Assembly: GCA_963836075.1 (NCBI GenBank)
Contig: CAWIIB010000008.1
Location: forward strand, 64,001-128,000
Source of the DNA: an uncultured Acidobacteriota bacterium
GTDB taxonomy: Bacteria > Acidobacteriota > JAQAZP01
Reading direction: 5' to 3'
Length of the DNA: 64,000 bases
Of the stretch, positions 22,049 to 31,319 are shown piece after piece (within the stretch, counting starts at the first letter, position 1; every line of letters starts with the position of its first letter). The notes under the pieces were generated by a model, which was not told where the DNA came from, searched no databases, and saw only the letters and a list, made by a program, of their open reading frames with translations. Position numbers and translations under genes: made by a program.

Positions 22049-22255
22049 TCAACCCACCATCAAAGTGCGCTCGAAATCGGCAACCTGCATCTCGGCGACC
22101 GTTCGTTCGAGGTGGTAAGTGTTCTCCACCTGCGCCACCAGTGCGTCGCGGTCGCCGTCGATTTTTCTCACGTCTTCCGCAGTGAGGGCTGTCCAGCGGT
22201 AGGGGATCTTTTCCTTGGCCTTGGCCCACTGCTCCTTGAGTAATCGCGAACCCAT
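22049..22255 (-). CDS. CsbD-family general stress protein
   Basis: W...K.KI...W..LT.ED...IDG.RD.LV......Y......AE.QV.DF; RBS AAGGAG. Confidence 0.8.
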   Translation of the reverse strand: MGSRLLKEQWAKAKEKIPYRWTALTAEDVRKIDGDRDALVAQVENTYHLERTVAEMQVADFERTLMVG

Positions 22256-22472
22256 TGTTTACTCCTTTCGCGTGGTGCTCTGCGGAACGTGTCCGCCATT
22301 CCAGTCGTCCCTCCAATCATGAGCCCCGCAGGGGCTTTCGAACATCGGAGCGGCCCTGATTCAGGCATTCGAATATCCTGAGAGCCGCCCGCCGGGGGTT
22401 CTGGCGGAGTGGTTTCCGCAACTGATGATATACTGCGTCAAAGATGGTCAACGCCCACAGGAGGGTTTCTCG

Positions 22473-23978
22473 ATGACAGCAGCGGGCGGTTCTGTCCTCA
22501 TTCTCGACCTGGACCCGGACTCGGCGGGAGAGGACTGCGCCACTGCCGCCAAAGTGGTTCGGGGTCTGGGGTTCAGTGTAGAGTTGACCTGTGATTCAGC
22601 CGAAGCGGCACAGCGGGTGCGGTTGGCCGGAACGGATCTGGTCATCGTGGCCCTTGCCGTGCCGAGTCAGAGCATTCTGGACCTTGTCAGCCAGTTCAGG
22701 GAGGTCGATCCCCGGCTGGCGATTATTCTCATCAGCGGCCGCCCTTCCCTGGAGTTCGTCACCTGGGCACTGCACAACGGGGTTTCCGCGTTTCTGACCA
22801 GGCCTTTGAAAACAGAGGAGTTGCTTTCCCATGTCCACGCTGCACTGGAAAAACAGAAACTGCAGCGGCAAAACGAGAACCTGCTCGAAACGGCGCGGCG
22901 GCAGATCATCGAGCGCCAAGTCAGTGAGCAGGCGCTCGAGGAGTCCGAACGGCGCTTCTATCAATTCATGGATTTTTTCCCCGGTCTCTCCTATATCAAG
23001 GACGACCGTGGGCGCTATCTGTTCATCAACAGATATGCCGAACAGGAGCTCGGCTGGCCGGTCCGCGAGTGCCTCGGGCACCGTAACGGCAACATGTGGC
23101 CGCAAGCGCTTGCCGAGGCGATCGCCCGCGATGAAGCTGAAGTGATTGCTGCCGCAAAGCTCCTGCTTCGAGTCTACGATCTACCGTCGTCAAGGGGTGC
23201 TGTCCCGCACGAGACGTACCTCTTCAGAATATCCCCGGGCAGCGGCAACTTCCGTCTCGGGGCACTGTGTCTCGATATCACCGAGCGGCAGTGGGCGGAA
23301 AAGACCATCGAGAACTACCAGCTCCGGTTGAGAGCCCTGGTTTCCCAGATTTCGCTCAACGAGCAACGGCAGCAAAGGACGATTGCTCAGCAATTGCACG
23401 ATGATTTCGGCCGTTCGTTGACACTGAGTAAAATGAAAGTGACGGAGGCGCTCACAAACGAGCTGCCGGGGGAAACGCGAGCGGACCTCGACGCAGCGAT
23501 CGAGCACCTGGATCACGCCATTAAATTCACCCGGTCCCTCACCGCACAGCTGGCCTCTCCCGTGCTCTACGAACTGGGGCTCGAATCGGCTCTGGAAAGG
23601 CTGGTGGAGGACACCGCCGAACAGCACGAGCTGGAAATATCCATCGATAACGACGGGGAGCCGAAGCCGCTCAATACCGATGTTCAGATGGTGGTTTACC
23701 AGTGCGTCAGGGAGCTTTTGCTTAATATCATCAAGCACGCGGAGGCCGAGCTTGTCTCAGTTTCGATCCGTCGCAGCGGAAAGCACATGCAGCTGATCGT
23801 GTCTGACGATGGCCTTGGGTTCAACCACGATCCCAAAAAGCTCGCCCGCGTGGGCGAGACCGGTTTCGGTCTGTTCAGCATACAGGAGCGCCTGGAACAT
23901 CTCGGTGGGGGCATTTCCATCAACTCCATCCCTGGTGAGGGCACTGTCATCAGGCTGACGGTTCCACTTGAGACGTGA
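22473..23978 (+). CDS. Hybrid sensor histidine kinase (degenerate REC-PAS-HisKA_3-HATPase)
   Basis: H-box IAQQLHDDFGRSL; ELLLNIIKHA, DDGLGF and GFGLFSIQER; RBS AGGAGG before ATG 22473. Confidence 0.9.
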   Translation: MTAAGGSVLILDLDPDSAGEDCATAAKVVRGLGFSVELTCDSAEAAQRVRLAGTDLVIVALAVPSQSILDLVSQFREVDPRLAIILISGRPSLEFVTWALHNGVSAFLTRPLKTEELLSHVHAALEKQKLQRQNENLLETARRQIIERQVSEQALEESERRFYQFMDFFPGLSYIKDDRGRYLFINRYAEQELGWPVRECLGHRNGNMWPQALAEAIARDEAEVIAAAKLLLRVYDLPSSRGAVPHETYLFRISPGSGNFRLGALCLDITERQWAEKTIENYQLRLRALVSQISLNEQRQQRTIAQQLHDDFGRSLTLSKMKVTEALTNELPGETRADLDAAIEHLDHAIKFTRSLTAQLASPVLYELGLESALERLVEDTAEQHELEISIDNDGEPKPLNTDVQMVVYQCVRELLLNIIKHAEAELVSVSIRRSGKHMQLIVSDDGLGFNHDPKKLARVGETGFGLFSIQERLEHLGGGISINSIPGEGTVIRLTVPLET

Positions 23979-24012
23979 TCGCCGGCGGCGCCGGCGTGCT
24001 GGAGGGGGGAAG

Positions 24013-24666
24013 ATGAGCGTGAAGATTCTACTGGTGGACGATCAGAAAATCCTGCGGCAGGGCTTGCGTGCACTGCTGGAAAAGCAAACCGGCCTGACGG
24101 TGGCCGGCGAAGCCAGCGACGGGCGGGAAGCAGTCAAGCTGGCCGGAGAGCTCAAGCCCGATGTGGTTGTCATGGATGTGGCCATGCCCGGTCTCAACGG
24201 GATCGAGGCGACCAAGCAGATCGTCGCCGAAGATCCGAAAGCGAGGATCGTGGCCCTCTCGATGCATGCAGACAAGCAGTTCGTCTCCCGGATGTTCGAG
24301 GCCGGCGCCTCCGGGTACCTGTTGAAGGACTGTGCGGTGGACGAATTGTCCGAGGCCATCCGCACCGTTCTCAAGGGAAACTCTTACCTGGGGAAGAAGA
24401 TATCGGACGTGGTTCTCGACGACTACGTGATGCGGATCAGAGAGCCGCACGTCGTCGAGGTCCGCGAGTTGACGCCCCGGGAGCGGGAAGTGCTCCAGCT
24501 TATCTCCGAAGGGCAGACAACGAAGGAAATCGCATTCAATCTTGACATCAGCGTTAAAACAGTCGAAACGCACCGCCGGAACATGATGGAAAAGTTGAAT
24601 ATGGATTCAGTGGCAGAGTTGACCAAGTACGCCATCCGCCAGGGTATCACGTCCCTGGATGTTTGA
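24013..24666 (+). CDS. NarL/FixJ-family response regulator (REC + LuxR HTH)
   Basis: Motifs VDDQ, DVVVMDVAMP and YLLK; HTH segment LTPREREVL...TKEIA...ISVKTVETHRRNMMEKL. Confidence 0.95.
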   Translation: MSVKILLVDDQKILRQGLRALLEKQTGLTVAGEASDGREAVKLAGELKPDVVVMDVAMPGLNGIEATKQIVAEDPKARIVALSMHADKQFVSRMFEAGASGYLLKDCAVDELSEAIRTVLKGNSYLGKKISDVVLDDYVMRIREPHVVEVRELTPREREVLQLISEGQTTKEIAFNLDISVKTVETHRRNMMEKLNMDSVAELTKYAIRQGITSLDV

Positions 24667-24705
24667 TCCGAAAACGGGCGAGACCGGTCTCTTTCGATAC
24701 GCCGC

Positions 24706-25059
24706 TCAACTGTTGAGCGAAACGGAGCCGATCGGCTGGTCGCGTTCGTCGACCACAACCAGCCAGTTGACCTTGTTCTCCCGCATCAGATGTGCCGCTG
24801 TCTCAACCGTATCATCCGCACGGCAGGTGACCGGCCTGTCCTTCATGATCCGCCGCACCGGAATCCTGTTCAGCCTGGCGTCCCTGGCGACAACTTTTGA
24901 TACGAGATCGCCCTCCGATATCACGCCGATCACTCCGGACTCGTTTGTGACGACCAGCCAGGGGGCCCCATGCCGGGCCATCTTCTGAGCGGCCTCCACT
25001 ATCGAATCATCCGATGTGGCCGTCAGCGAATTTGATTTCATAACGTGCTTAACAAGCAT
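24706..25059 (-). CDS. CBS-pair (Bateman) domain protein; 3' end possibly frameshifted
   Basis: VKHVM...D.SIVEAA..M...GVISEGDL and IM...V.C..DDTVE.A..LM....V..L.VVD. Confidence 0.8.
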   Translation of the reverse strand: MLVKHVMKSNSLTATSDDSIVEAAQKMARHGAPWLVVTNESGVIGVISEGDLVSKVVARDARLNRIPVRRIMKDRPVTCRADDTVETAAHLMRENKVNWLVVVDERDQPIGSVSLNS

Positions 25060-25237
25060 TTCCTGATATCCGGGTCTGGTGTTTCAGGGGAAGGCGAGCG
25101 TTGCGGCTCATGAGACGCGCGCCCCTTTCTGGATTTTTTGTCATCGTCCAGCAATTCCTCCCCATCCGATAGTCTCTTACCCTTGCCGCTCATCACCTTT
25201 TTAGTTCATGTTTACACCGCTCCGGGCTATCGGGCAA

Positions 25238-25252
25238 TCAGGGATTTCCTTA
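25238..25252. promoter_or_regulatory. Regulator site TCAGG-GATTT-CCTTA
   Basis: Matches the recurring motif; lies in the divergent CBS/USP intergenic region. Confidence 0.5.
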
Positions 25253-25621
25253 CATTCGACTATTCCTCCCCGGAAACGGGGGCCTGCCGGGGGATCACCA
25301 CCCTCGACAGCTGAGCCGGGCCGCCCCGAGCTGAGCCCCCCACCTTATCCCCGCCCTCCGAAAGTCCAGCCCATCCCCGCTTCCAACAGCGCATCAGCCG
25401 GAGGGATGCATTGGCCCCCCGGCGAGAAACGGGGGCTAAGGAAATGCGCAGTGCCATGTCAGGGCTCCGCCGATTGGCGGCGCTTCCCCCAGCCGTTAGA
25501 TTATACCGAGAGACGATGATGGCCGGTGCTTCGCCGCGCTGATGATCGGCATATCGTTACCCCCCGAACCGGGCCCGGGGACGGCCGGGGTGGACCAATA
25601 CTCGGCGAAAGGAGATAGCAG

Positions 25622-26173
25622 ATGAACACGAACACCTACAACAGGATCCTCTGTGCCACCGACTTCAGCGATCCGTCTTACGAGGGCCTCTCCGCGGCCG
25701 CTGACATGGCCCGGAAGCTCAACGCGACACTGACGGTGATCCATGTCATTACACCGATGCCGTTGCTGCCCTCGACGCCAGCTTTCGCGCCGACCGGAAT
25801 CGAGCTGAAGCACTACCTGGACAACGTGGAAGCTTCGGCCAGGGAGGAACTGAGCCGACTCTCCTCCCGCTACTCATCCCCGGGCCTCGAAATCAGCACG
25901 ACGGTCCGCACCGGTGACCCGGCCGAGGAAATCGTGGATTTCGCTGCCGCCAACCGCTGCGACATGATCGTGCTCTCCACCCACGGGCACAGCGGCTGGA
26001 AGCGCCTGATGACCGGATCAGTGGCAGAGAAGGTGGTCCGGTCGGCCAACCGTGCGGTGCTCACCATTCACCGCACTGACGACGAGCATAAGGGCGATTC
26101 CGCAAACCAGGAACAGGAATCGGCCCCCGGGCTCGTCGAGGCGCGAGGTGTCCCGATGGCTGACCTGAGCTGA
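25622..26173 (+). CDS. Universal stress protein (paralog of 11336..11842)
   Basis: Motifs RILCATDFSDPS and STHGHSGWKRLMTGSVAEKVVR. Confidence 0.9.
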   Translation: MNTNTYNRILCATDFSDPSYEGLSAAADMARKLNATLTVIHVITPMPLLPSTPAFAPTGIELKHYLDNVEASAREELSRLSSRYSSPGLEISTTVRTGDPAEEIVDFAAANRCDMIVLSTHGHSGWKRLMTGSVAEKVVRSANRAVLTIHRTDDEHKGDSANQEQESAPGLVEARGVPMADLS

Positions 26174-26181
26174 GCAGGCCC

Positions 26182-26216
26182 CCCGGGATGTCCTGGCTGT
26201 GCCGGGACATCCCGGG
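26182..26216. terminator. Hairpin between the convergent USP and DAC genes
   Basis: cccgggatgtcc-tggctgtgccg-ggacatcccggg. Confidence 0.6.
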
Positions 26217-26237
26217 TTCAATCGATGCCGCCCGGCC

Positions 26238-27143
26238 TTAAATCGGCCGGTTCAGCGACATCACCTCGGTGCCCGATGAGTAGACGGTGACCGTTCCCGA
26301 CGATTCGGAAATGACGATGGCCAGGGATTTTGAACGGGCTGTGGCCGCAGCTGCGGCCAGGTGGCGGGACCCGAGCCCTTTGCGGACCTTTACCTTTTTC
26401 GAGACCGGGGCATCGAGGTACATTCCTGCGCCCTCCACGACACCCTGCTGGTTGATGAGGAAGGCCCCGTCCAGGGCCGACAGCTCGCGCATCGTCTCCA
26501 CGAAATCATCGTCGTGGATCGACCGGTGTTTTTGGGGATGCCCGGCACACGGGTTGAGAATCAGCGGCCGGGCCAGGCGCTCGAGTTCATCGCTGTCCCC
26601 CAGCAGGAACACCGTGCCCACCGGTTTCCCCTCCCGGCCCTCCGCCGAGAATTTCAGGGCGATTTCGATGAGCCTGACGAATACCTGGGAGTCGGGCAAT
26701 CCCTTCCTTCGGCTGATTGAATGCTTGGCAAACCACGCGAAATCTCTCTTCGGGTTGGCTATGAGCAGGTTGTCGAGGCGGCGGGATCCCGCGACCCCGA
26801 CCAGGCAGAGCACCGTCTCGCTCTCCTTGAGCGCACCGTTCAGGATGGCGATGACCAGCGCCAGGGTGACCTGATCCATGCGGCCGGTGGGCGACCTGGG
26901 CATCTCGACGCAGTGGTCGTTCTCCTGGACCAGGCTCCCCAGTGAGTCCCTGTCGTGGGCGACCCAGATCAGTGATTCGGTGCGGCGGTGCTTCTCGACC
27001 AGCCTGCGGTCGGTGATCAGTTCGGCAATGACCAGCACGCGCCGGATCCGCGACTCACGCGCCAGTTCGAAGCCGTGCTTGACAAGCAGATGTGTCTCGA
27101 CCGTCTCGTTCGCCACTTTCGACGGTTTAACCTGTTTGACCAT
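26238..27143 (-). CDS. Diadenylate cyclase, DacZ-type (N-terminal alpha/beta domain + DisA_N/DAC domain)
   Basis: Motifs EGREGKPVGT.F, ELSALDGAF (DGA), GLGSRHLAAA (RHx) and ISESSG.V. Confidence 0.85.
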   Translation of the reverse strand: MVKQVKPSKVANETVETHLLVKHGFELARESRIRRVLVIAELITDRRLVEKHRRTESLIWVAHDRDSLGSLVQENDHCVEMPRSPTGRMDQVTLALVIAILNGALKESETVLCLVGVAGSRRLDNLLIANPKRDFAWFAKHSISRRKGLPDSQVFVRLIEIALKFSAEGREGKPVGTVFLLGDSDELERLARPLILNPCAGHPQKHRSIHDDDFVETMRELSALDGAFLINQQGVVEGAGMYLDAPVSKKVKVRKGLGSRHLAAAAATARSKSLAIVISESSGTVTVYSSGTEVMSLNRPI

Positions 27144-27231
27144 GTTCTTTCATACTCCGGCAAGGCACCCTGCGCGGCAACGACGTCAACTTGATAGAAC
27201 TTCATTGTTTCGCCGGTCATCCTCCGGCCAT

Positions 27232-28881
27232 TCACCAGTTGGACCTCATCACGTTGAAAACGACCCAGAGGCCGAAGACCGCCGAAATGACATAGCCGGC
27301 GAGGCCGAGTACCGGGAAACCGAACAGCGACGGGCCGACGCCGGCGGTGATGATCAGCGAAGAACCGATGACCACTGCGGCGATGATGATCCCCACGGTC
27401 AGGCGGCTGCCGGCGTTGCTGATCGTCTGCTGGAGGTCGTCGAGATTCTCGTGACGAAACTTGATCGCCAGCTTGCCGCTTTCCAGCTTTTCGGTGATCT
27501 GACCCAGCCGGCGCGGCAGCTCCTGCTGCAGCGCCCAGAGCCGGCTGAGGCTGCCGCGCAACCCGCGCCAGATGTTTTCCGGCTTCCACTGCTCGACGGT
27601 CAGCTGCCGGACCAGCGGTTCGATCTCCGCGATGACGTTGAGCTCAGGATCGAGTTCGCGGGCGATGCCCTCGGCCATGACCAGCGCCTTGATCATGAAG
27701 GCGATGTTGCGCGGGAGGATCAGCCGGTGATCGATGAGCACGTCGGTGATCTCGATCAACAGTCCGCCCACGTCGAGTTGCTGGAGCGGCACGCTGTGGT
27801 AGCCGTCGAGCAGGTCCAGCAGGTCGCGCTGCAGTTCCGTTCGGCTGACGCGACCTGTTTCCCGGGTCAGCGCCAGCAGGACTTCCAGCAGACGCTCGCT
27901 GTCCTTGTTCACTGCCGCGTGGATCAGATCGGTGAGCTTGAAACGCATTTCGCGGGTCAGCCGGCCGACCATGCCGCAATCGAGCATGCAGAGCGTGCCG
28001 TCCGGCCGCACGACGATGTTGCCTGGATGGGGGTCGGCATGGAAGAAGCCGTCCGCGAGGATCTGCTTCACCACGATACGCAGCCCCCGGCGGGCGAGGT
28101 CGCGGCGCTGCCCGTCGTCGTCCGGCGCCGCCTCGTTCAGCCGGGTACCTTCCACCAGTTCCATTACCAGCAGTTCGCTGGTGGAGTAGCTCTCGTAAAT
28201 CCGTGGCACCTGCACCTGCGGGTCGCCGGCGAAGTTGGCCTGGAAGATCCTCATATGGCGCGCTTCGCGCCGGTAGTCCAGCTCGCGGTGGATCGTCCGC
28301 TTGAAATCCTCGACGAGACCGGGCAGATCGTAAACAACCGCAGCTTCCATCTTGCGGTGCAGCTGACCGGCGAGCAGTTCCATGATTGCGATGTCGCTTT
28401 CGATGACTTTCGCGATGTCCGGCCGCTGCACTTTCACCGCCACCGGTTCCCTCGGCTCCCGCAAAACGGCCCGGTGCACCTGGGCCAGCGAGGCGGAGGC
28501 CACCGGCGCTTCATCGAACTGGATGAACGCGTCCTCCAGCGGCTGGTCGAGGCTGCGCTCGACCTGTCGCCGGACATCGGCGAAGGGGATCGTCCTCACC
28601 TCGTCGTGAAGCCGCCGCAGCTCGGCAACAAGGTCCTGCGGGAGAAGGTCCGGCCGCATGCCGAGGATCTGGCCGAACTTGACGAATGTCGGGCCGAGCT
28701 CTTCCAGCGCCCGGCGAAGGCGCACGGCATGACTGGTCCCTTCCCCCGCCCGCGTCACTTTCTGCAGCAGCAGTTTTCCGGGAATCTCCAGGCGCTCGAC
28801 GACATCGTCGAAGCCGTATTTCAACAGGACGACGACGATGCTTCTCAAGCGGCCGATATGCTTTATCGCGCTCAGGTCCAA
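27232..28881 (-). CDS. ABC1/UbiB/AarF-family atypical kinase
   Basis: Motifs LGPTFVKFGQ, ASASLAQVH, VAVKVQRP, FFHADPHPGN and LDCGMVG; two C-terminal TMs; TTG start. Confidence 0.9.
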   Translation of the reverse strand: MDLSAIKHIGRLRSIVVVLLKYGFDDVVERLEIPGKLLLQKVTRAGEGTSHAVRLRRALEELGPTFVKFGQILGMRPDLLPQDLVAELRRLHDEVRTIPFADVRRQVERSLDQPLEDAFIQFDEAPVASASLAQVHRAVLREPREPVAVKVQRPDIAKVIESDIAIMELLAGQLHRKMEAAVVYDLPGLVEDFKRTIHRELDYRREARHMRIFQANFAGDPQVQVPRIYESYSTSELLVMELVEGTRLNEAAPDDDGQRRDLARRGLRIVVKQILADGFFHADPHPGNIVVRPDGTLCMLDCGMVGRLTREMRFKLTDLIHAAVNKDSERLLEVLLALTRETGRVSRTELQRDLLDLLDGYHSVPLQQLDVGGLLIEITDVLIDHRLILPRNIAFMIKALVMAEGIARELDPELNVIAEIEPLVRQLTVEQWKPENIWRGLRGSLSRLWALQQELPRRLGQITEKLESGKLAIKFRHENLDDLQQTISNAGSRLTVGIIIAAVVIGSSLIITAGVGPSLFGFPVLGLAGYVISAVFGLWVVFNVMRSNW

Positions 28882-28915
28882 GGCTTCACACTCCTCTCCT
28901 GCCCGCGATTAGCGT

Positions 28916-29290
28916 TCATCGTTCTTCCCGGGGCGGGATGCCCGCCGGCGCTGCCGGCTCCGCCCGGCCGCGACGGTCGAGCTCGCTTTCCAGCATGGCG
29001 ATCCGTTGCTCGGCTTTTTCCAGGCGGCGGGCCAGTTCGGCAACCTCCGGCTTGCGGGGCAGGTCCATGGCGTCCAGCGCCTGGCGCACCGTGTTGTTCA
29101 GGCCGTCCTGCACCTCCTGCCACTGCCGGCTGCCGCTCTCCAGCAGGTCGTTGACCAGCTGCTTCGCCTCGTCGGCGGTCACCTTGCCCTCGTCCACCAG
29201 GCGGTCCATGACCTGCTCGGCCTTCTCCTTGGTAATCACGCCGGCTCCCAGGCCGGCCAACACGGTCGTCCTGATCAGTTCCAAAACCAT
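28916..29290 (-). CDS. Phasin-family protein (paralog of 16993..17376)
   Basis: LELIRTTVLAGLGAGVIT...LVDEGKVTADEAK. Confidence 0.75.
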   Translation of the reverse strand: MVLELIRTTVLAGLGAGVITKEKAEQVMDRLVDEGKVTADEAKQLVNDLLESGSRQWQEVQDGLNNTVRQALDAMDLPRKPEVAELARRLEKAEQRIAMLESELDRRGRAEPAAPAGIPPREER

Positions 29291-29323
29291 TGTTCATCCC
29301 TCCATCTGATCATGTCGCCCCTC

Positions 29324-29339
29324 TGCACAGCGTATACCA
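29324..29339 (-). promoter_or_regulatory. Possible sigma54 promoter for phasin-ABC1-DAC
   Basis: Minus strand reads TGGTAT-ACGCT-GTGCA (GG-N10-GC), about 35 bp upstream of the start. Confidence 0.45.
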
Positions 29340-29695
29340 GATATCCCCAGGATCAATCCGGCCGGCACATCCAGGCGGCTCTGCAACGGTTCGGTTGCTC
29401 ATCGTAGTCGTTTTGTTACCAGAGTGTGACCCAGAGAAATCAAATTGCCCATGCCGCTGGGCCGGTCCGTATTTTCGGTGAAGCTGTTGGTGCTGAACGG
29501 TTTGAGCTTGTTTACAATCACTGGAGCTTTTGCGGCGCCTTCGTCCGGAACCACGAGGGCAACCACTATGAATGAGTGAGTGGACGGCGATGCCACGGGT
29601 CGGCTTTCTCGATCTCAGGCGGCATCAGGGCGCGGCCGCCGTCACCGTGCAGGTCTAAACTACTGTCTTGCCGGTCGAAAGCGCTCCGGCACAAT

Positions 29696-29965
29696 TCAAA
29701 TCTTGTCAAATATGTTCGTCCAGTGCCTTGCCCACTCGTATTCGTTTGGTATCCGGAAATTCATCTTCAGGGAAGCGTGTCGAAGATGTGTCATATCTCC
29801 AATGGTTTCCCGGCACGTCTTACATTCGGACAGGTGCAGTTTCACGGTTCGTGAATCAGGTCCGGACAGTTCACAATCCAGGAACCCCGACAGCGAACCT
29901 CGCGCTTCAAACCGGCGGCACAGCTTTTCGATTAGTTGATCTTGATGTCTAATCCTGGAAGCCAT
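29696..29965 (-). CDS. zf-HC2 anti-sigma-factor-like small protein
   Basis: C....LSGFLD.EL.......V..HL.EC..C (HxxxCxxC). Confidence 0.65.
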   Translation of the reverse strand: MASRIRHQDQLIEKLCRRFEARGSLSGFLDCELSGPDSRTVKLHLSECKTCRETIGDMTHLRHASLKMNFRIPNEYEWARHWTNIFDKI

Positions 29966-30137
29966 TTCCTGTCTCCCTCTGCCGGTGGACTCCGTCCTGG
30001 GGGCTGGTCAGGCCGTGCTTCTGGATCAGCGAACGTGAATGGAGATCGATCGCCCTGGTGATGCGACGAAGGGCCAGGAGTGCCTCCAGGCATTCCGGTG
30101 ACAGTTCGGCGATATTTCTCGTACTGTCTTTTCTCAT
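29949..30137 (-). pseudogene. Truncated MarR-family regulator (EctR-like N-terminus)
   Basis: LLALRRITRAIDLHSRSL...HGLTSPQ; it stops before the HTH. Confidence 0.65.
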
Positions 30138-30255
30138 TCTTTCCTCCAGCCCTAATACATTCTACACATAACATTTAAATCCGTCAACATCTATATGCGC
30201 TACGTCTGAAAATCATTCAAATTCAATGTTTTTATTGGTTTTGCGCGGAATTATT

Positions 30256-30271
30256 TGCATGAGATTGGCCA
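30256..30271 (-). promoter_or_regulatory. Possible sigma54 promoter in an AT-rich divergent region
   Basis: Minus strand reads TGGCCA-ATCTC-ATGCA (GG-N10-GC). Confidence 0.35.
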
Positions 30272-30392
30272 AAATGTTATTGTCTACACGAAGTATTAGT
30301 TGAGCCTTCCCGATCACCCACGATGTAGGGTGGCAAGCGGGAAGTGTGTGAACCCGGTTCATTTCCAGATGCCACTGTAACGGGAGGGACCA

Positions 30393-31185
30393 ATGATCGA
30401 AACGAATCACCTTGAAATCCTGAACAGGGGACTCTCGGCATGGAATCAGTGGCGGGAGGAAAACCCGAAGGAACTGCCCAGGCTCCGTGGAGTGACATCT
30501 TAACGAATCCAACCTCGAAGGGGCTAACTTGAGCCATGCGGATCTCGAAGAGGCGGATCTCCGGAAAGCGAATCTGTACTCGGCGAACCTGACCAGCGCA
30601 CGGCTGAGGTATGCCAGGCTCGCTGAGGTGGATCTGGGAAAAGCGAACCTTGACAAGGCCGACCTGAAAAGAGCCGGGCTGGAAGATGCAAACCTCAATC
30701 TTGCGAAGCTGAATGCGGCGGATTTGAGAGGCGCCAGCTTCGAGAATGCCTCGCTCTCGGAATCTTACCTTGAATGGGCCAATCTCGAGCATGCAAAGCT
30801 TGACGGCGTGAACCTCAACGGTGCTTCGCTGAATGAAGCGAATCTCGAGGGAGCATCAATCGTCGGGGCCGATTTAACAAAGGCCGCTATGAGACGAGCC
30901 AGGTTCAGAGGCAGCACGCTCGATGAAGCGTGCCTGATGAATGCAGATCTCAGGGAGGCGGACCTGCGGGGAGACTTGAGGGGAGCCGACCTCAGGAAGG
31001 CCGATCTCAGGGGGGCCGATTTCAGGGCAGCCGATTTGAGGGATGCCGATCTCAGGGACGCGGAGCTTGATCTTACCAATTTCTTCGGTGCCAATCTGAG
31101 GGGCGCGAACCTCACCGGAGTCGACCTGAATGGTGCGATCAACTTGAGGAGCAGTCAAATCGACCAGACCAGAAGAGACAGTTGA
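30393..31185 (+). CDS. Pentapeptide repeat protein; frameshift near 30495
   Basis: Typical leader MIETNHLEILNRGLSAWNQWREENP, then A(D/N)LxxA repeats in another frame. Confidence 0.8.
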
Positions 31186-31319
31186 ACGGTCAAAGAAGAA
31201 GGCCGAAGCCGTTTCGACCCGCCGGATCGAAGTCGTTGGACAACTGTCACTTTCATCCGCCGACGCGGCTGGCAACGGCGTCTTCAGCACGCCGTTACAG
31301 GCAAAGGAAATCAATCCTA

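Noticed and set aside
24680-24710. Selenocysteine or readthrough at the early TGA of the CBS gene
   Set aside because: The readthrough frame is not CBS-like and runs into the opposite gene; an indel or a natural end is more likely.
26878-29154. Long plus-strand ORF (758 aa) and similar long antisense ORFs (8103..9566, 17926..19560, 40830..42719, 42623..44560, 61770..63533)
   Set aside because: These are shadow ORFs opposite clearly identified genes, as expected in high-GC DNA.
30945-31060. 15-bp periodic DNA repeats (gccga.ctcagggg)
   Set aside because: Explained by pentapeptide ADLRG coding.
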